Shown here: positions 18,148 through 27,831 of the stretch, piece after piece
Layout of the letters: the number at the start of each line of letters is the position of its first letter
How positions within the stretch are numbered: position 1 is the stretch's first letter
Origin: a virus
Lineage: Duplodnaviria; Caudoviricetes
Length of the DNA stretch: 62,345 nucleotides
IMG/VR virus record: IMGVR_UViG_3300042509_002518
Location: 1-62,345 of that record
Direction: 5' to 3' (one strand)
The notes under the pieces: generated by a model
The model's input: the letters and a program-made list of their open reading frames with translations, nothing else
Databases searched by the model: none
Told to the model about the DNA's origin: nothing
Made by a program: the position numbers and the translations under genes

Positions 18148-18990
18148 ATGGCGAAGGGCGGCAAGGGCCGGCGGGGTTACACCAGGGACGCCAGCGGCAG
18201 GTTCGCCAGCGCCCCCGGCGGCAGCGGCCGGGCCCGGAAGCCGCGGGTGACCGGCGGCACCCTGGCGGCACGATCGAGCCTCCGGCGCAGCAGGGCCAAG
18301 CTCGCTGCAGCACCATCCGCAGCGCAGCGCGGGGCCGTCACCCGCGGCGCGCGGAAGCTGGCGGCCACCAGGCAGCAGGCGATCACCCGGATGGGTGCAG
18401 TGGCAGCAGCAGGGCGTCTCCGGCCTGGGGCGCGCAGGGCCACACCAGCACCGGGCAACAGCATCCGGCCCATCCCCTCCAGCCGCAGCCTCCAGGCCCC
18501 ACCGCGCAATGCCATCCGCGTCTACAAGGCCAAGACGATGATGGGCAAGATGGATCGGGATGTCAGGCGCATCGATCGCCGCATCGAGCGCGACCTGAAG
18601 CCGGCCCTGAATGAGATGCGCTCCATCACGGATCGCTCAGCCCGGCTGCGGCGGCAGATGGATCGCTTCAACGCCCGCCCCTTCCAGGATCGGCTGCGGC
18701 CTGGCATCGAGGGCGAGATCGGCCGCATGCAGATGCGCAGCATGAGCGGCCAGTCGATCCGCCGCGGCGAGGATGTGGTGCGGTCTCGCGCAGCCCGCGC
18801 GCGAAAGCTGGCGGAAGGCGGCAGCACGGTGGGCCAGCGTGCGCTGCAGCTCTACGGCACCCAGCTGGCCTTCACCGGCAAGACCAGGACGCTGGGGCGG
18901 AAGAAGCCGGCGAACACGATCAACCCAGGCCCGAGCAACAGCAACCCACCACGGAAGCCGAAGCCGAAGCGGCGGCGCAAGGGCAGCTGA
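18148..18990 (+). CDS. Basic Arg-rich protein, RDxxGRF family copy 4
   Basis: MAKGGKGRRGYTRDASGRFASAPGG...VTGGTLAARSSLRRSRAKL. Confidence 0.75.
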   Translation: MAKGGKGRRGYTRDASGRFASAPGGSGRARKPRVTGGTLAARSSLRRSRAKLAAAPSAAQRGAVTRGARKLAATRQQAITRMGAVAAAGRLRPGARRATPAPGNSIRPIPSSRSLQAPPRNAIRVYKAKTMMGKMDRDVRRIDRRIERDLKPALNEMRSITDRSARLRRQMDRFNARPFQDRLRPGIEGEIGRMQMRSMSGQSIRRGEDVVRSRAARARKLAEGGSTVGQRALQLYGTQLAFTGKTRTLGRKKPANTINPGPSNSNPPRKPKPKRRRKGS

Positions 18991-19037
18991 GGGCTGCGGG
19001 AAAGCTCTGGGCGGCCCAGGGCGACTGCAGCGCAGCG

Positions 19038-19310
19038 ATGATCGAGTACCGAGGCGAGCGATTCGAGGGCTACAACAAGCCCAAGCGCACACCAGGCCAT
19101 GCCACCAAGAGCCATGCGGTGCTGGCCAAGGAGGGCGCCACGGTGAAGCTGATCCGCTTCGGGCAGCAGGGCGTGAGCGGCAGCCCGCCGCGAGAGGGTG
19201 AGAGCAAGGCCGCCAAGGCACGGCGCGAAGCGTTCAAGGCGCGGCATGCCGACAACATCGCCAAGGGCAAGCTCAGCGCGGCGTACTGGGCAGACCGTGC
19301 GAAGTGGTGA
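19038..19310 (+). CDS. Conserved small basic phage protein
   Basis: YNKPKRTP...KLIRFGQQG...FKARH...SAAYWA pattern recurrent in phages. Confidence 0.75.
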   Translation: MIEYRGERFEGYNKPKRTPGHATKSHAVLAKEGATVKLIRFGQQGVSGSPPREGESKAAKARREAFKARHADNIAKGKLSAAYWADRAKW

Positions 19311-19328
19311 GGGAGGGAAAACCGAGGC

Positions 19329-19802
19329 ATGCCCACCCCCTTCGCCCCCTACGCCAACCTGCGCCTCCTGTTCCGCAGGCCCTCCGCTCCGCCTGCTTCA
19401 CTCCGTGAGGGCCCACGGCCTGCAGCGGTGGAGCTGGTGGTGATCGAGGCCTTTGCCGAGCTCTCCGCCGGTGGTGATGGCACCGAAGCCGGCGGCCTGG
19501 AGATCGGCCAGCAGGCCCTCGGCGGCAACATCACCCGCTGGGCGATCCTCCCCGCCGGTGCTACCTGGCTGCAGGCCGGCACCAGCTGGCCGTGGAACGA
19601 CACCGGCCTCCGCCCGCCTGGCCTGCGCGCTGGCGAGAAGCTGGAGGCCTGGGAAGGACCCCTCACCGCATTGCCCACCATCACCGGCGGCACCCCAGGC
19701 TGGGTCACCATCCACAGCCTCTCCGGCACCGGCGGCATCGATGCCCTGGTCGCTGCAGAAGCCGGCGATGAGTTCAGCGGGGTCTTCGCGGTGAACCGAT
19801 GA
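19329..19802 (+). CDS. Putative head closure protein
   Basis: Position before the tail completion gene. Confidence 0.4.
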   Translation: MPTPFAPYANLRLLFRRPSAPPASLREGPRPAAVELVVIEAFAELSAGGDGTEAGGLEIGQQALGGNITRWAILPAGATWLQAGTSWPWNDTGLRPPGLRAGEKLEAWEGPLTALPTITGGTPGWVTIHSLSGTGGIDALVAAEAGDEFSGVFAVNR

Positions 19803-20242
19803 GGGTTCGAGCCCGCACCAGCGTTCGCGTCAACCTCAGCGTCGAGTCACGCGCGCGCGCAGCAGCTGATGCAGCCGCCAAGATCGTCTTCAACGAGGCC
19901 TTCGCTGAGATCCTCGACACCATGGGCTCCAAGGTCTGGAGCTGGCCCCGTGGTGAATCGCCCCGCAACATCGTGGACTCCGGCCTGCTGCGTGCTTCAG
20001 GGTCCGTCACCATCAACAGCACCCTGGCGCACTACAGGTTCGTGTTGAACTACGCCACGGCGGTGCACAACGGCGCCTGGATCTATCCCTTCGGCGATCG
20101 CACCAAGGAGCGGGTGTTCCTGCCCCCCAGGCCGTTCGTCACTGCTGTGCTCGGCATCGAGCGCTACCCCGGCATCACGCCCTATGACCTGCAGGCGCAG
20201 TTCCGGGAAAACTTCCGCACAGCGTGGAGAACACAACGATGA
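19799..20242 (+). CDS. Tail completion/neck protein (HK97 gp10-like)
   Basis: PRNIVDSGLLRAS, YATAVHNG, PPRPF. Confidence 0.7.
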   Translation: MRVRARTSVRVNLSVESRARAAADAAAKIVFNEAFAEILDTMGSKVWSWPRGESPRNIVDSGLLRASGSVTINSTLAHYRFVLNYATAVHNGAWIYPFGDRTKERVFLPPRPFVTAVLGIERYPGITPYDLQAQFRENFRTAWRTQR

Positions 20243-21006
20243 CCGGCGCCTACCAGTCGCTGCCGTTTGTGCAGCAGCCTGCCGTTCGTGATGACGCCTG
20301 GGCGGAGGTTGGCAATGAGCAGGTCGGCATCCTCCGCTTCCCGCGCCATGGCTTCCTGTTGGTCGGTGAGCAGGACCTGATCGCAGAAGCTGACCCGACA
20401 AACAGCATCTACGTCGAAACCTGCCGCATCGCCAATGTGATCGCAGCAGCTGAAGGCTGGACCCCCACTGAGGCCTACGCCACCGTCACCCGCATCCAGT
20501 CCAGTGCCATGGGTGTGCGGGTGCTGCTGACGCCAGAGGAGCACGATGCACGGATCCGGCATGCGGCACTGTTCGGCCCACTGGTGCGGCATGTGATCGG
20601 CCTGTCCAACCTGCTCACCCTGCGGCGCTGCACCGCCGTGATCCGCTACCGGCTGGAGGGCTGCAGCGACTGGAGCGACGATGACACCAGGGCCCTGCCC
20701 GGTGCGCTGCGGGATGCGATCCACAGCTTCGAGCAGGCGGAAGAGGCTGCAATGGCCGGCATCGAGCCGCAGGATGTGGAAGCGCAGCTCGCGCAGCTGG
20801 AGGTGGATCTGGGAAAGCTGCCGCCGGCACACTCGATGCCGCCGCAGCCAGCTGGGTCGAAGCGTTCTGGCGCTGCCAGGAGCTCTACCCCGGCGACAGC
20901 ACCTTCTCCCGTGAAGCGTTCCCGTTCCTCCCGGTCCCCTTCGTCCTTGAAGCCCTCGAACGGGGCGAACGCCGGCGGCGACAGCAGCTCCACTGGGCAG
21001 AGCTGA
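20239..21006 (+). CDS. Tail assembly chaperone (gpG-like)
   Basis: Contains in-frame G GGA AAG slippery site. Confidence 0.65.
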   Translation: MTGAYQSLPFVQQPAVRDDAWAEVGNEQVGILRFPRHGFLLVGEQDLIAEADPTNSIYVETCRIANVIAAAEGWTPTEAYATVTRIQSSAMGVRVLLTPEEHDARIRHAALFGPLVRHVIGLSNLLTLRRCTAVIRYRLEGCSDWSDDDTRALPGALRDAIHSFEQAEEAAMAGIEPQDVEAQLAQLEVDLGKLPPAHSMPPQPAGSKRSGAARSSTPATAPSPVKRSRSSRSPSSLKPSNGANAGGDSSSTGQS

Positions 21007-21506
21007 GCACCGCACAGATCGCCTGGCTGGAGGCTGAGGCCAACCGCGACCGCAAGCGGCGCAGCAAGCCGTTCGAGCTGTTCGACTTCTGCTTCTTCGC
21101 TGATGTGGCCGAGAAGCCATCACCACCGGCGGCCGCTGGTGCTGCGCTGGAGGAACTGCTGCGGCGTGATCTGCTGCCGGCCTATGCGATCGGGCCATGG
21201 TGCGAAGACCTGCAGCGTGCAGGCCAGGGCCATGAGCTGCCGAAGCGCCTGGTGCTCGCCGCCGAAGATGCGCTGCTGCTGGCGCCATGGCGGCCTGATG
21301 CCGACCACTGGGCTGGGTTCCTGATCGCGGAGCACAGCGCCAGCGGGCAGCAGCGGGCCTTCTACTCCGAAGACGGTGATCGGGTCGATCTCACCGTGCC
21401 GGCGGCCCTGATCGGCCGGGTGGCAGTTGCAGCACGCGCCGGTGCAGTCCTGCCGTTGGTGAGCGGAAAACTCGGGCAACCCTCATCCGACGAGATCCAA
21501 CCATGA
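20811..21506 (+). CDS. -1 frameshift extension of tail assembly chaperone (gpGT-like)
   Basis: The -1 frame is open from GGGAAAG (20811-20817) to the stop at 21506. Confidence 0.65.
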   Translation, partial: GKAAAGTLDAAAASWVEAFWRCQELYPGDSTFSREAFPFLPVPFVLEALERGERRRRQQLHWAELSTAQIAWLEAEANRDRKRRSKPFELFDFCFFADVAEKPSPPAAAGAALEELLRRDLLPAYAIGPWCEDLQRAGQGHELPKRLVLAAEDALLLAPWRPDADHWAGFLIAEHSASGQQRAFYSEDGDRVDLTVPAALIGRVAVAARAGAVLPLVSGKLGQPSSDEIQP

Positions 21507-22351
21507 CCGCGGGCGCCCAGAACTACACGGCGGTCCTCGATGTTCAGACCTATCTGGTGCCGATGCGTTTCTCGGCCATGGACCTGGACGACCTCGAGAC
21601 CGCTCAGACCGACATCACGACCTTCCTGAACTCCGCCAATGCCCTCTCCGGGCCGAAGGTGGTGAACTGGAGCGGCACCGGCAGCACCTTCGAGCTGTTC
21701 GTGGACCAGCAGACGCTGACCATCAGCAATGTGGCCCGGGCCACCAACGTGGTCACGATCACCACCTCCGCCGCTCACGGCCTGGCGACTGGCGACAAGG
21801 TGAAAGTGACCGCGACCACCAACGCTGGCGTGAACGGGTCGTTCGTGGTTGCTTCGGCGCCCACCACCACCACCTTCACCTACGCCCAGACCGGCGCCAA
21901 CATCACCAGCGGCGCCGACACCGGCAGCGTGAAGACCGGCCTGCAGAAGCTGGACGGCACCGACAAGCCGATCCGCGTGCTCAGCCTCACCGGGATCCCG
22001 TTCTCGATGGACACCACCACCGATGGTGCGCTGACCCTCGATGCCGTGACCCTCGGCACGCAGATCAACATCGCCACCGGCAACAGCTTCTCCGCGTCGG
22101 TGAGTGGCCTCAGCGCTCACAAGAACGTGGACTGGAAGCTGCTGACCTGCCTGTCGGAGCGGAACACGGCTGAGGGCCTGATCGCCAAGATGCTGCGCAT
22201 CGGCCCCGGCGGCACGGTGGAGCAGAAGTACGGCTTCATCCGGGTCGAGAACTTCGGCGAGGATGGTGATGCCGGTGCGCTGAGCAAGTGGACCGCGACC
22301 TTCAACGTGGTGGGCCCGCTGCGCACCATCGTGGACAACGTGATCGCCTGA
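21503..22351 (+). CDS. Major tail (tube) protein with inserted beta-rich domain
   Basis: Thr-rich; ENFGEDGDAGALSKWTATF C-terminus; TITTSAAHGLATGD insertion. Confidence 0.65.
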   Translation: MTAGAQNYTAVLDVQTYLVPMRFSAMDLDDLETAQTDITTFLNSANALSGPKVVNWSGTGSTFELFVDQQTLTISNVARATNVVTITTSAAHGLATGDKVKVTATTNAGVNGSFVVASAPTTTTFTYAQTGANITSGADTGSVKTGLQKLDGTDKPIRVLSLTGIPFSMDTTTDGALTLDAVTLGTQINIATGNSFSASVSGLSAHKNVDWKLLTCLSERNTAEGLIAKMLRIGPGGTVEQKYGFIRVENFGEDGDAGALSKWTATFNVVGPLRTIVDNVIA

Positions 22352-22397
22352 TGCTCCAGGGCATGGCGGGAGGGCCTCTGCTCCCCCGCCCTGGGCC

Positions 22398-22658
22398 TCA
22401 TGCCGCGGGCCGCTTCGGGGGTGCCTCCAGTCCGGGGGTGCCCCCGTTCTGCTTCAGCAGGGCCTGGGCGGCATCACGTGCGATCTGCGACGGCCGCCCC
22501 AGCTGCTGCCGCATCGCCCACTGCGTGGCGGCCTTCTGCGACATCCAGGCCTCCAGCAGCTTGCGGCACAGCGCACGCAGCGCTGCGGGGTCGCTGGTGG
22601 CATCGATGGTGCGCCGCATCCGCTCCATCTCGAACGACTGCGCAGTGGACAGCTGCAT
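22398..22658 (-). CDS. nblA: NblA-like phycobilisome degradation adaptor
   Basis: MQLSTAQSFEMERMRRTIDATSDPAALRALCRKLLEAWMSQKAA: LSxxQxF start and helix-turn-helix hairpin pattern. Confidence 0.65.
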   Translation of the reverse strand: MQLSTAQSFEMERMRRTIDATSDPAALRALCRKLLEAWMSQKAATQWAMRQQLGRPSQIARDAAQALLKQNGGTPGLEAPPKRPAA

Positions 22659-22713
22659 GGCGGCTCGCTCGCAGGTTGTTGCGCTGAGGTTTCCCCGGGG
22701 GAAAGCTGAGGGC

Positions 22714-23148
22714 ATGGGATCGAGTCTTCCAACCAGCTCGCTGGCGGTGTTTGATCTGCTGGCTGCGGACAGCCTGCTGGCGCCACTGGTCGGCAGCTAC
22801 CTGTGGAGCAACGGGCAGACGCGGCCGGCGATCGCTCACCTCTGGCGCAACGAAGACCTGGGGCCTGAGGTGGTCGCCCGCGGGGTGGAAATCGTGGTGT
22901 GGCGCGTGGGCAGTGATGACCCGGTGCCGTGCGTGAGCGGTGAGGTGATCGTGAACCCAACGATCAGCCTGGCGATCACCCAGTGGGAGCCGGCAACGGC
23001 CGGCGGGGCCATGCAGCTGGAGGCGGTGGTGCGGCGTGTGCAGAAGCTGCTGCCGGGGGCGAGCGCTGCGGATGTGAGCGTGCCGGGGCTCACCGTGGGG
23101 CTGCAACAGCAGGCGGTGCGGTGGCGTTGCCCGGTGCTGGTGGTCTGA
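22714..23148 (+). CDS. Putative tail terminator
   Basis: AVFDLLAADSLLAPLVG N-terminus; size and position. Confidence 0.55.
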   Translation: MGSSLPTSSLAVFDLLAADSLLAPLVGSYLWSNGQTRPAIAHLWRNEDLGPEVVARGVEIVVWRVGSDDPVPCVSGEVIVNPTISLAITQWEPATAGGAMQLEAVVRRVQKLLPGASAADVSVPGLTVGLQQQAVRWRCPVLVV

Positions 23149-23559
23149 TCAGCTCTTCATCAGCTCGCGCACATCATCGAACAGCATGATTTTGATGCCG
23201 GTAGGTTTCATCGTGCAGATTGCCCAGGTCTGATACAGATCACCGGTGGCATTGTCCTGTGCGCGGTAGCTCACGACCACCTCACGGGTGTTGATCGGAT
23301 CCTTGAGCAGGCTGGCGGCCCTGGGCTTGTCTTCCACGTGCTTCCAGTAGGGGCGCCACTGGATCTTGAGCGCTTCACGCTTCACGGCATCCCTGCAGCG
23401 GCGGAGCGTGGCATCAGCGCTCGGCGGCCAGGTGTGAAGCCGGTCCTGCACCATCGGCACCAGCCAGCCGACCACCAGGGCAGCAGTCGCAACAGTGGCG
23501 CACCCAGCTACCACGTAGTCGAGCGGAGTGAGGCGCAATGGCGCTCGTCGTTTCGTCAT
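23149..23559 (-). CDS. Membrane-anchored moron protein
   Basis: N-terminal hydrophobic helix; antisense, just before the tape measure gene. Confidence 0.55.
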   Translation of the reverse strand: MTKRRAPLRLTPLDYVVAGCATVATAALVVGWLVPMVQDRLHTWPPSADATLRRCRDAVKREALKIQWRPYWKHVEDKPRAASLLKDPINTREVVVSYRAQDNATGDLYQTWAICTMKPTGIKIMLFDDVRELMKS

Positions 23560-23658
23560 GGCAGCAGTGGACCGTAAGAGCTGTTCAGCCGAGAAGGTAG
23601 GCCAGCTCAGCAGTAAAGAGCGAGGGGCGGAAAACTCACCCTCAGAGGTAGGGCAACC

Positions 23659-26600
23659 GTGGCGGATCTCGACATCAGCGCAAGGTTGTTGCTGGAGAAC
23701 GCAAAGGATCTGCAGCGACAGCTGGAAGAGGCGGGCCAGGCCAGCGGGTCGGTGTTCGGCCAGGCGATCAACAACCAGGCGCAGAAGGGCCTCGATGATC
23801 TGGTCGCCCGGGCGGAGCGTGCGGCGAAACAGGTCGGCCTGGCCTTCAACCGCACCACGCTCCAGTTCGAGAGCCCGAAGGGCGAGATCATCCCTGAGGC
23901 CACCCTCAAGAAGCTGGGGCGGCTGAATGCGGAGCTGGGGGCCTCGCAGCGCGAGCTGAAGGCATTCGCGGCGGAGGCGGAGCGCACGGGCCAGCAGGCG
24001 GCCGATGGGTTCGACCTGATGGATGCCGCCGTGACCGGCGTGGCGTTCAGCATCGCCAACACGCTCACCACATCGGTGCTGCAGGCTGGCGGGCAGGTTG
24101 CTGGTGTGCTGAAGGGCCTGGTGGGTGGGTTTGCGGACCTGGATGCCGAGATCCGCAAGGCGGCGGCGGCCGGCGGTGAACAGGGCGGCTACGAGAAGTT
24201 GTCCAGGGCGGTGGACAGGGTCGGCGTCGAGGCGGCCGGCACGCAGATCGAGGTGGCCCAGCTGCTCACGGAGCTGGTGCGCGGCGGCATGACGGTGGAC
24301 CAGGCCACCCAGAGCCTGGGGGCGATCGTGCGCGGTGCGGAGGCCACCGGCACCGCCTACGCCCAGATGGGTGATGTGGTGGGTGCATCGCTGAAGGGCT
24401 TTGGCCTCGAAGCGAAGGATGCGCAACGGGTGGTGGATGCCCTCACCCAGGGCGCCAATTCCTCGGCCACCAGCGTGAGTGGGCTTGGGATGGCGTTCAA
24501 GTACGCCGCCCCGGTGGCGAAGATCTTGGGGGTGAGCGTGGAAGAGCTGGCGGTGGCCGCCGGCCTGCTCACCAACACCGGCATCGATGCCTCTGAAGCT
24601 GGTGTGACGCTGCGGAACGGCCTCTCGAAGCTGGCCAGTGCAGCACCGCAGACCGGTGGCGGCATGAAGCAGCTGACCGGCCAGGCGGCTGCCGCCGCGA
24701 AGGTGATGAAGACCCTTGGGCTCGACATCTACGAGGCTGACGGCACCCTCAAGCCGATGGAGCAGACGCTGCTCACGCTGAAGGGGGCGTTCGACAAGCT
24801 GGGCCCATCGGCCAGGGTCAGGCTGGCGGCAGACCTGTTCGGCGGAGAGGACGACGGCACTAAGTGGCTGTCGCTGCTGGGCCAGAGCGAGACCGAGATC
24901 AAGAAGATGTCGGCGGCCATGGCCAACACCAAGGGCGCAGCGGACACGGCGCGGGAGGCGATGTCTGGCCTGAAGCAGAAGATCGAGGAGCTGAAGGGCG
25001 GGCTTGACACCCTTGGCAAGACCTTTGGCGCCGCCATCGCGCCGGCAATGATCGTGGTGGTTGAGGCCGCCAAGGCGGTGGTGGGCGCGATTTCAGACCT
25101 GCCCACCCCGGTGAAGCAGGTTGGTGCAACGCTGATCCTGCTGGTGGGCGGCCTGGTGGCGGCACGGGTGAGCCTGGCGCTGTTTCAGGCGGCGCTGGCG
25201 ACGACGCAGGTGCAATCGGCAATCCAGGGCCTGCTGTCGCTCGGCGCGGTGCTGCGCGGCAAGCTGGCGGCCGACATGGCGTTTGCCAGTGCCGCCTGGA
25301 CCCGGATGATCGCGGCGATGGTGGCCGCCAACACCACGCAGATCTCTTTCGGTGCAGTGGCAGCCGCCATCAGGGACAACGTGGTGAAGGCTGCGCTGAG
25401 CGGGGCGCTGGCGATGGTGAAGCTGGGTGAGGCGATCGCCAGCGGTGCGCTGCTGACCAGTCTGAAGGCGTTTGCCGCGGGGGCATGGGCCGCGGTGGCG
25501 CCGTTGCTGCCGTTCGTTGCTGCTGCCGCTGCAGTCGCTGGCGCGATCGTGGTTTGGAACAACGTGCTGAGCGGCGCCAATGACATCAGCAAGGACTTCG
25601 CAGAGACGCAGAAGACGGTTGCCGATGAAGTCGGCAAGCTGAATGAAACACTGGGCGAGAATGCAGTCCAGGTAAAAGAAAGCCGTGGCGCAATCGATGA
25701 ACTCTTCCGTTCCGCCGGTGAAGGCTACTCCCTGATCCGCCTGGGCCAGGAGGTTGAACGACTGCAGGGGACGTTCGGGATTGCACAGGAAGGTGCGATG
25801 GCGTTCTACCGCGAGCTGCAGCGGTCTGGTGTCATCAGCGATGAGCAGAAGACCAAGGCGAAGCAACTGGCGGATCAGCTCACGCGCCTTGCAGAAGCCG
25901 GTCGAAATCAAGCGGCACAGCTGCGGGCTTCCGCTGGTGAAGAAGAGCTGAAGGGCAACACTGGTCTGGCCGAGAACATGCGTTCGCGCGCCAATGCGCT
26001 GGATGCCGAAGCGCGGGCGACCGCCAACCTCGCGGCCGGGATCCGGGCGAAGGCTGGCGTGACGGAAGCCGACACCAAGGCCACCCAGGCCAACAACGCC
26101 GCGCAGGAAACCGCCGAAGACATCGAGCGCCGCCGGCTGGCCCTGGTGAAGCTCCGCCGCACCCAGGGCGAAGCGGAGATCAGCCAGCGCCAGGCCCTCG
26201 GGTCGCTGACCCGTGAAGAGGCCGAGGAAGAACGGCGCCAGCTGGCGATCACCGAAGCACGGCTGGAGCGTGAAGCGCAGATCCAGCGCCTGAAGGGCCT
26301 GACCGGTGATCAGGCCGTGGCCGCCCAGCAGCAGATTGCAGAGCTGGATCGCGAGATTGCAGACCTGCAGGTGCAGGGCGCCGAGGCGGCGGTGCAGCGC
26401 TGGCAGCGGGTGTATGACCTCGCCGTGCAGCGCCTGGAGCTGGAGAGCACTGCGATCGGCCTGCAGAAGCAGGGCGCCGAGCAGGTGGCGGCCCGGCTGC
26501 GGGGGCAGCAGCAGATCCTCGAAGCACAGCTGGGCCTGCAGCAGGCGCAGGCGGCCCTGGTGCAGAGCCGGTTTGCAGTGCAGAAGGCACGCAACGATCG

Positions 26601-27810
26601 AGCGGTCACAAGCGCCGAGGAACAGTTGCAGCTGGCGATTGAACGTGGCGCATCGGAAAGTGAAATTGAATTGCGCACGCGGAGAGTTGTTGAGCTGCGA
26701 CGCCGGGCAGTTCAGATTGAGCAAAATGCAATAGAGGCTGGCATTATGGCCACCGCTCAGCGCTTCCAGATTGAGCAGAGGCTGCTGGCGGCAAAGCAGG
26801 CGCAGCAGGCGATTGAAGCTCGATCAGCACAGCTTGCAGCCGCGCAGAATACGATCCAGCAAGAACAGCGGCTGCTTGAGATTCGCAAGCAGCTGGCCGA
26901 TCCAAACATCACGGCCGGTCAGCGGGCAATCCTGCAAGAGCAGCTTGGCCTTCAGTACCAGGCTGTTGGCTTGGCGCAGCAGCAGCAGCGAAACGAAATC
27001 GGCCGGCTTGATGTGATGAAGCAGGTGTTTGGCTTGGAGCGAGAAACGCTTTCGGCTCAGCAACAAACCACCGCAAACACTGCCCGCGCAGAGGCCATCG
27101 CCAAAGGATACGAAGACAGGCTGGCCGGTTCGTTGAACCAGCTTGATCGGGCAGCAAGCAGCAGCAGCGGCATGAGCGATGCGCTCAAGCAGGTTTTTCG
27201 CGATGCGACATCTGTTGAGTCGTCAGTGAAGGGGCTCTCCAATGTGCTGGACCAGGCCAAGGTCACCACCGACAGCACCGCCAATGCAGCCCAGTCCCTC
27301 GCCAGTGGCTACGCCAACGCCAACACCAACGCCCAGGCGCTGCTGGGCACGCTGACCAAGATCGCAGCCACACCACAGGCCCGCTGGGCTGGTGGCCCGG
27401 TGGAGCCCGGCACCAGCTACCGCGTGAACGAGCTGGGCCAGGAATCGCTGCTCAGTGCCTCAGGGCGGCTGTCGCTGATCGATCGCGCCCGCAATGCCAT
27501 GTGGCGGCCCCCCAGCCGTGGTGTGGTGCTGCCGGCGGGGATGACGGAGCAGCTGGCGATGGCGGGGGCCTTCGGGGGCAGCGGCGGCCGGGCAGGCCGT
27601 AGCGGCTCCCGCGGTGGTGGCGCCGTGCTCCAGCAGGTGGCCCGCAGTGGTGATGGCATGCGCGGCCTCACCGCTGCCGTTGCGCGGCAGGGTGCACTGC
27701 TCGGAAAACTGGGGGCAGCAATCGACCGCCTCGCAGCACGGGACTGGAGGGTCACGATCCACACGCCAGGCAATGCCGGCCTGATCCGCAGCCTCCAGGG
27801 CTTCAGCTGA
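23659..27810 (+). CDS. Tail tape measure protein
   Basis: 1383 aa; TP901-type core (FKYAAPVAKILGVSVEE, GIDASEAGVTLR); coiled coils; RWAGGPV...VNELGQE. Confidence 0.93.
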   Translation: MADLDISARLLLENAKDLQRQLEEAGQASGSVFGQAINNQAQKGLDDLVARAERAAKQVGLAFNRTTLQFESPKGEIIPEATLKKLGRLNAELGASQRELKAFAAEAERTGQQAADGFDLMDAAVTGVAFSIANTLTTSVLQAGGQVAGVLKGLVGGFADLDAEIRKAAAAGGEQGGYEKLSRAVDRVGVEAAGTQIEVAQLLTELVRGGMTVDQATQSLGAIVRGAEATGTAYAQMGDVVGASLKGFGLEAKDAQRVVDALTQGANSSATSVSGLGMAFKYAAPVAKILGVSVEELAVAAGLLTNTGIDASEAGVTLRNGLSKLASAAPQTGGGMKQLTGQAAAAAKVMKTLGLDIYEADGTLKPMEQTLLTLKGAFDKLGPSARVRLAADLFGGEDDGTKWLSLLGQSETEIKKMSAAMANTKGAADTAREAMSGLKQKIEELKGGLDTLGKTFGAAIAPAMIVVVEAAKAVVGAISDLPTPVKQVGATLILLVGGLVAARVSLALFQAALATTQVQSAIQGLLSLGAVLRGKLAADMAFASAAWTRMIAAMVAANTTQISFGAVAAAIRDNVVKAALSGALAMVKLGEAIASGALLTSLKAFAAGAWAAVAPLLPFVAAAAAVAGAIVVWNNVLSGANDISKDFAETQKTVADEVGKLNETLGENAVQVKESRGAIDELFRSAGEGYSLIRLGQEVERLQGTFGIAQEGAMAFYRELQRSGVISDEQKTKAKQLADQLTRLAEAGRNQAAQLRASAGEEELKGNTGLAENMRSRANALDAEARATANLAAGIRAKAGVTEADTKATQANNAAQETAEDIERRRLALVKLRRTQGEAEISQRQALGSLTREEAEEERRQLAITEARLEREAQIQRLKGLTGDQAVAAQQQIAELDREIADLQVQGAEAAVQRWQRVYDLAVQRLELESTAIGLQKQGAEQVAARLRGQQQILEAQLGLQQAQAALVQSRFAVQKARNDRAVTSAEEQLQLAIERGASESEIELRTRRVVELRRRAVQIEQNAIEAGIMATAQRFQIEQRLLAAKQAQQAIEARSAQLAAAQNTIQQEQRLLEIRKQLADPNITAGQRAILQEQLGLQYQAVGLAQQQQRNEIGRLDVMKQVFGLERETLSAQQQTTANTARAEAIAKGYEDRLAGSLNQLDRAASSSSGMSDALKQVFRDATSVESSVKGLSNVLDQAKVTTDSTANAAQSLASGYANANTNAQALLGTLTKIAATPQARWAGGPVEPGTSYRVNELGQESLLSASGRLSLIDRARNAMWRPPSRGVVLPAGMTEQLAMAGAFGGSGGRAGRSGSRGGGAVLQQVARSGDGMRGLTAAVARQGALLGKLGAAIDRLAARDWRVTIHTPGNAGLIRSLQGFS

Positions 27811-27831
27811 ACCTCGCTACCGCACCACCTG

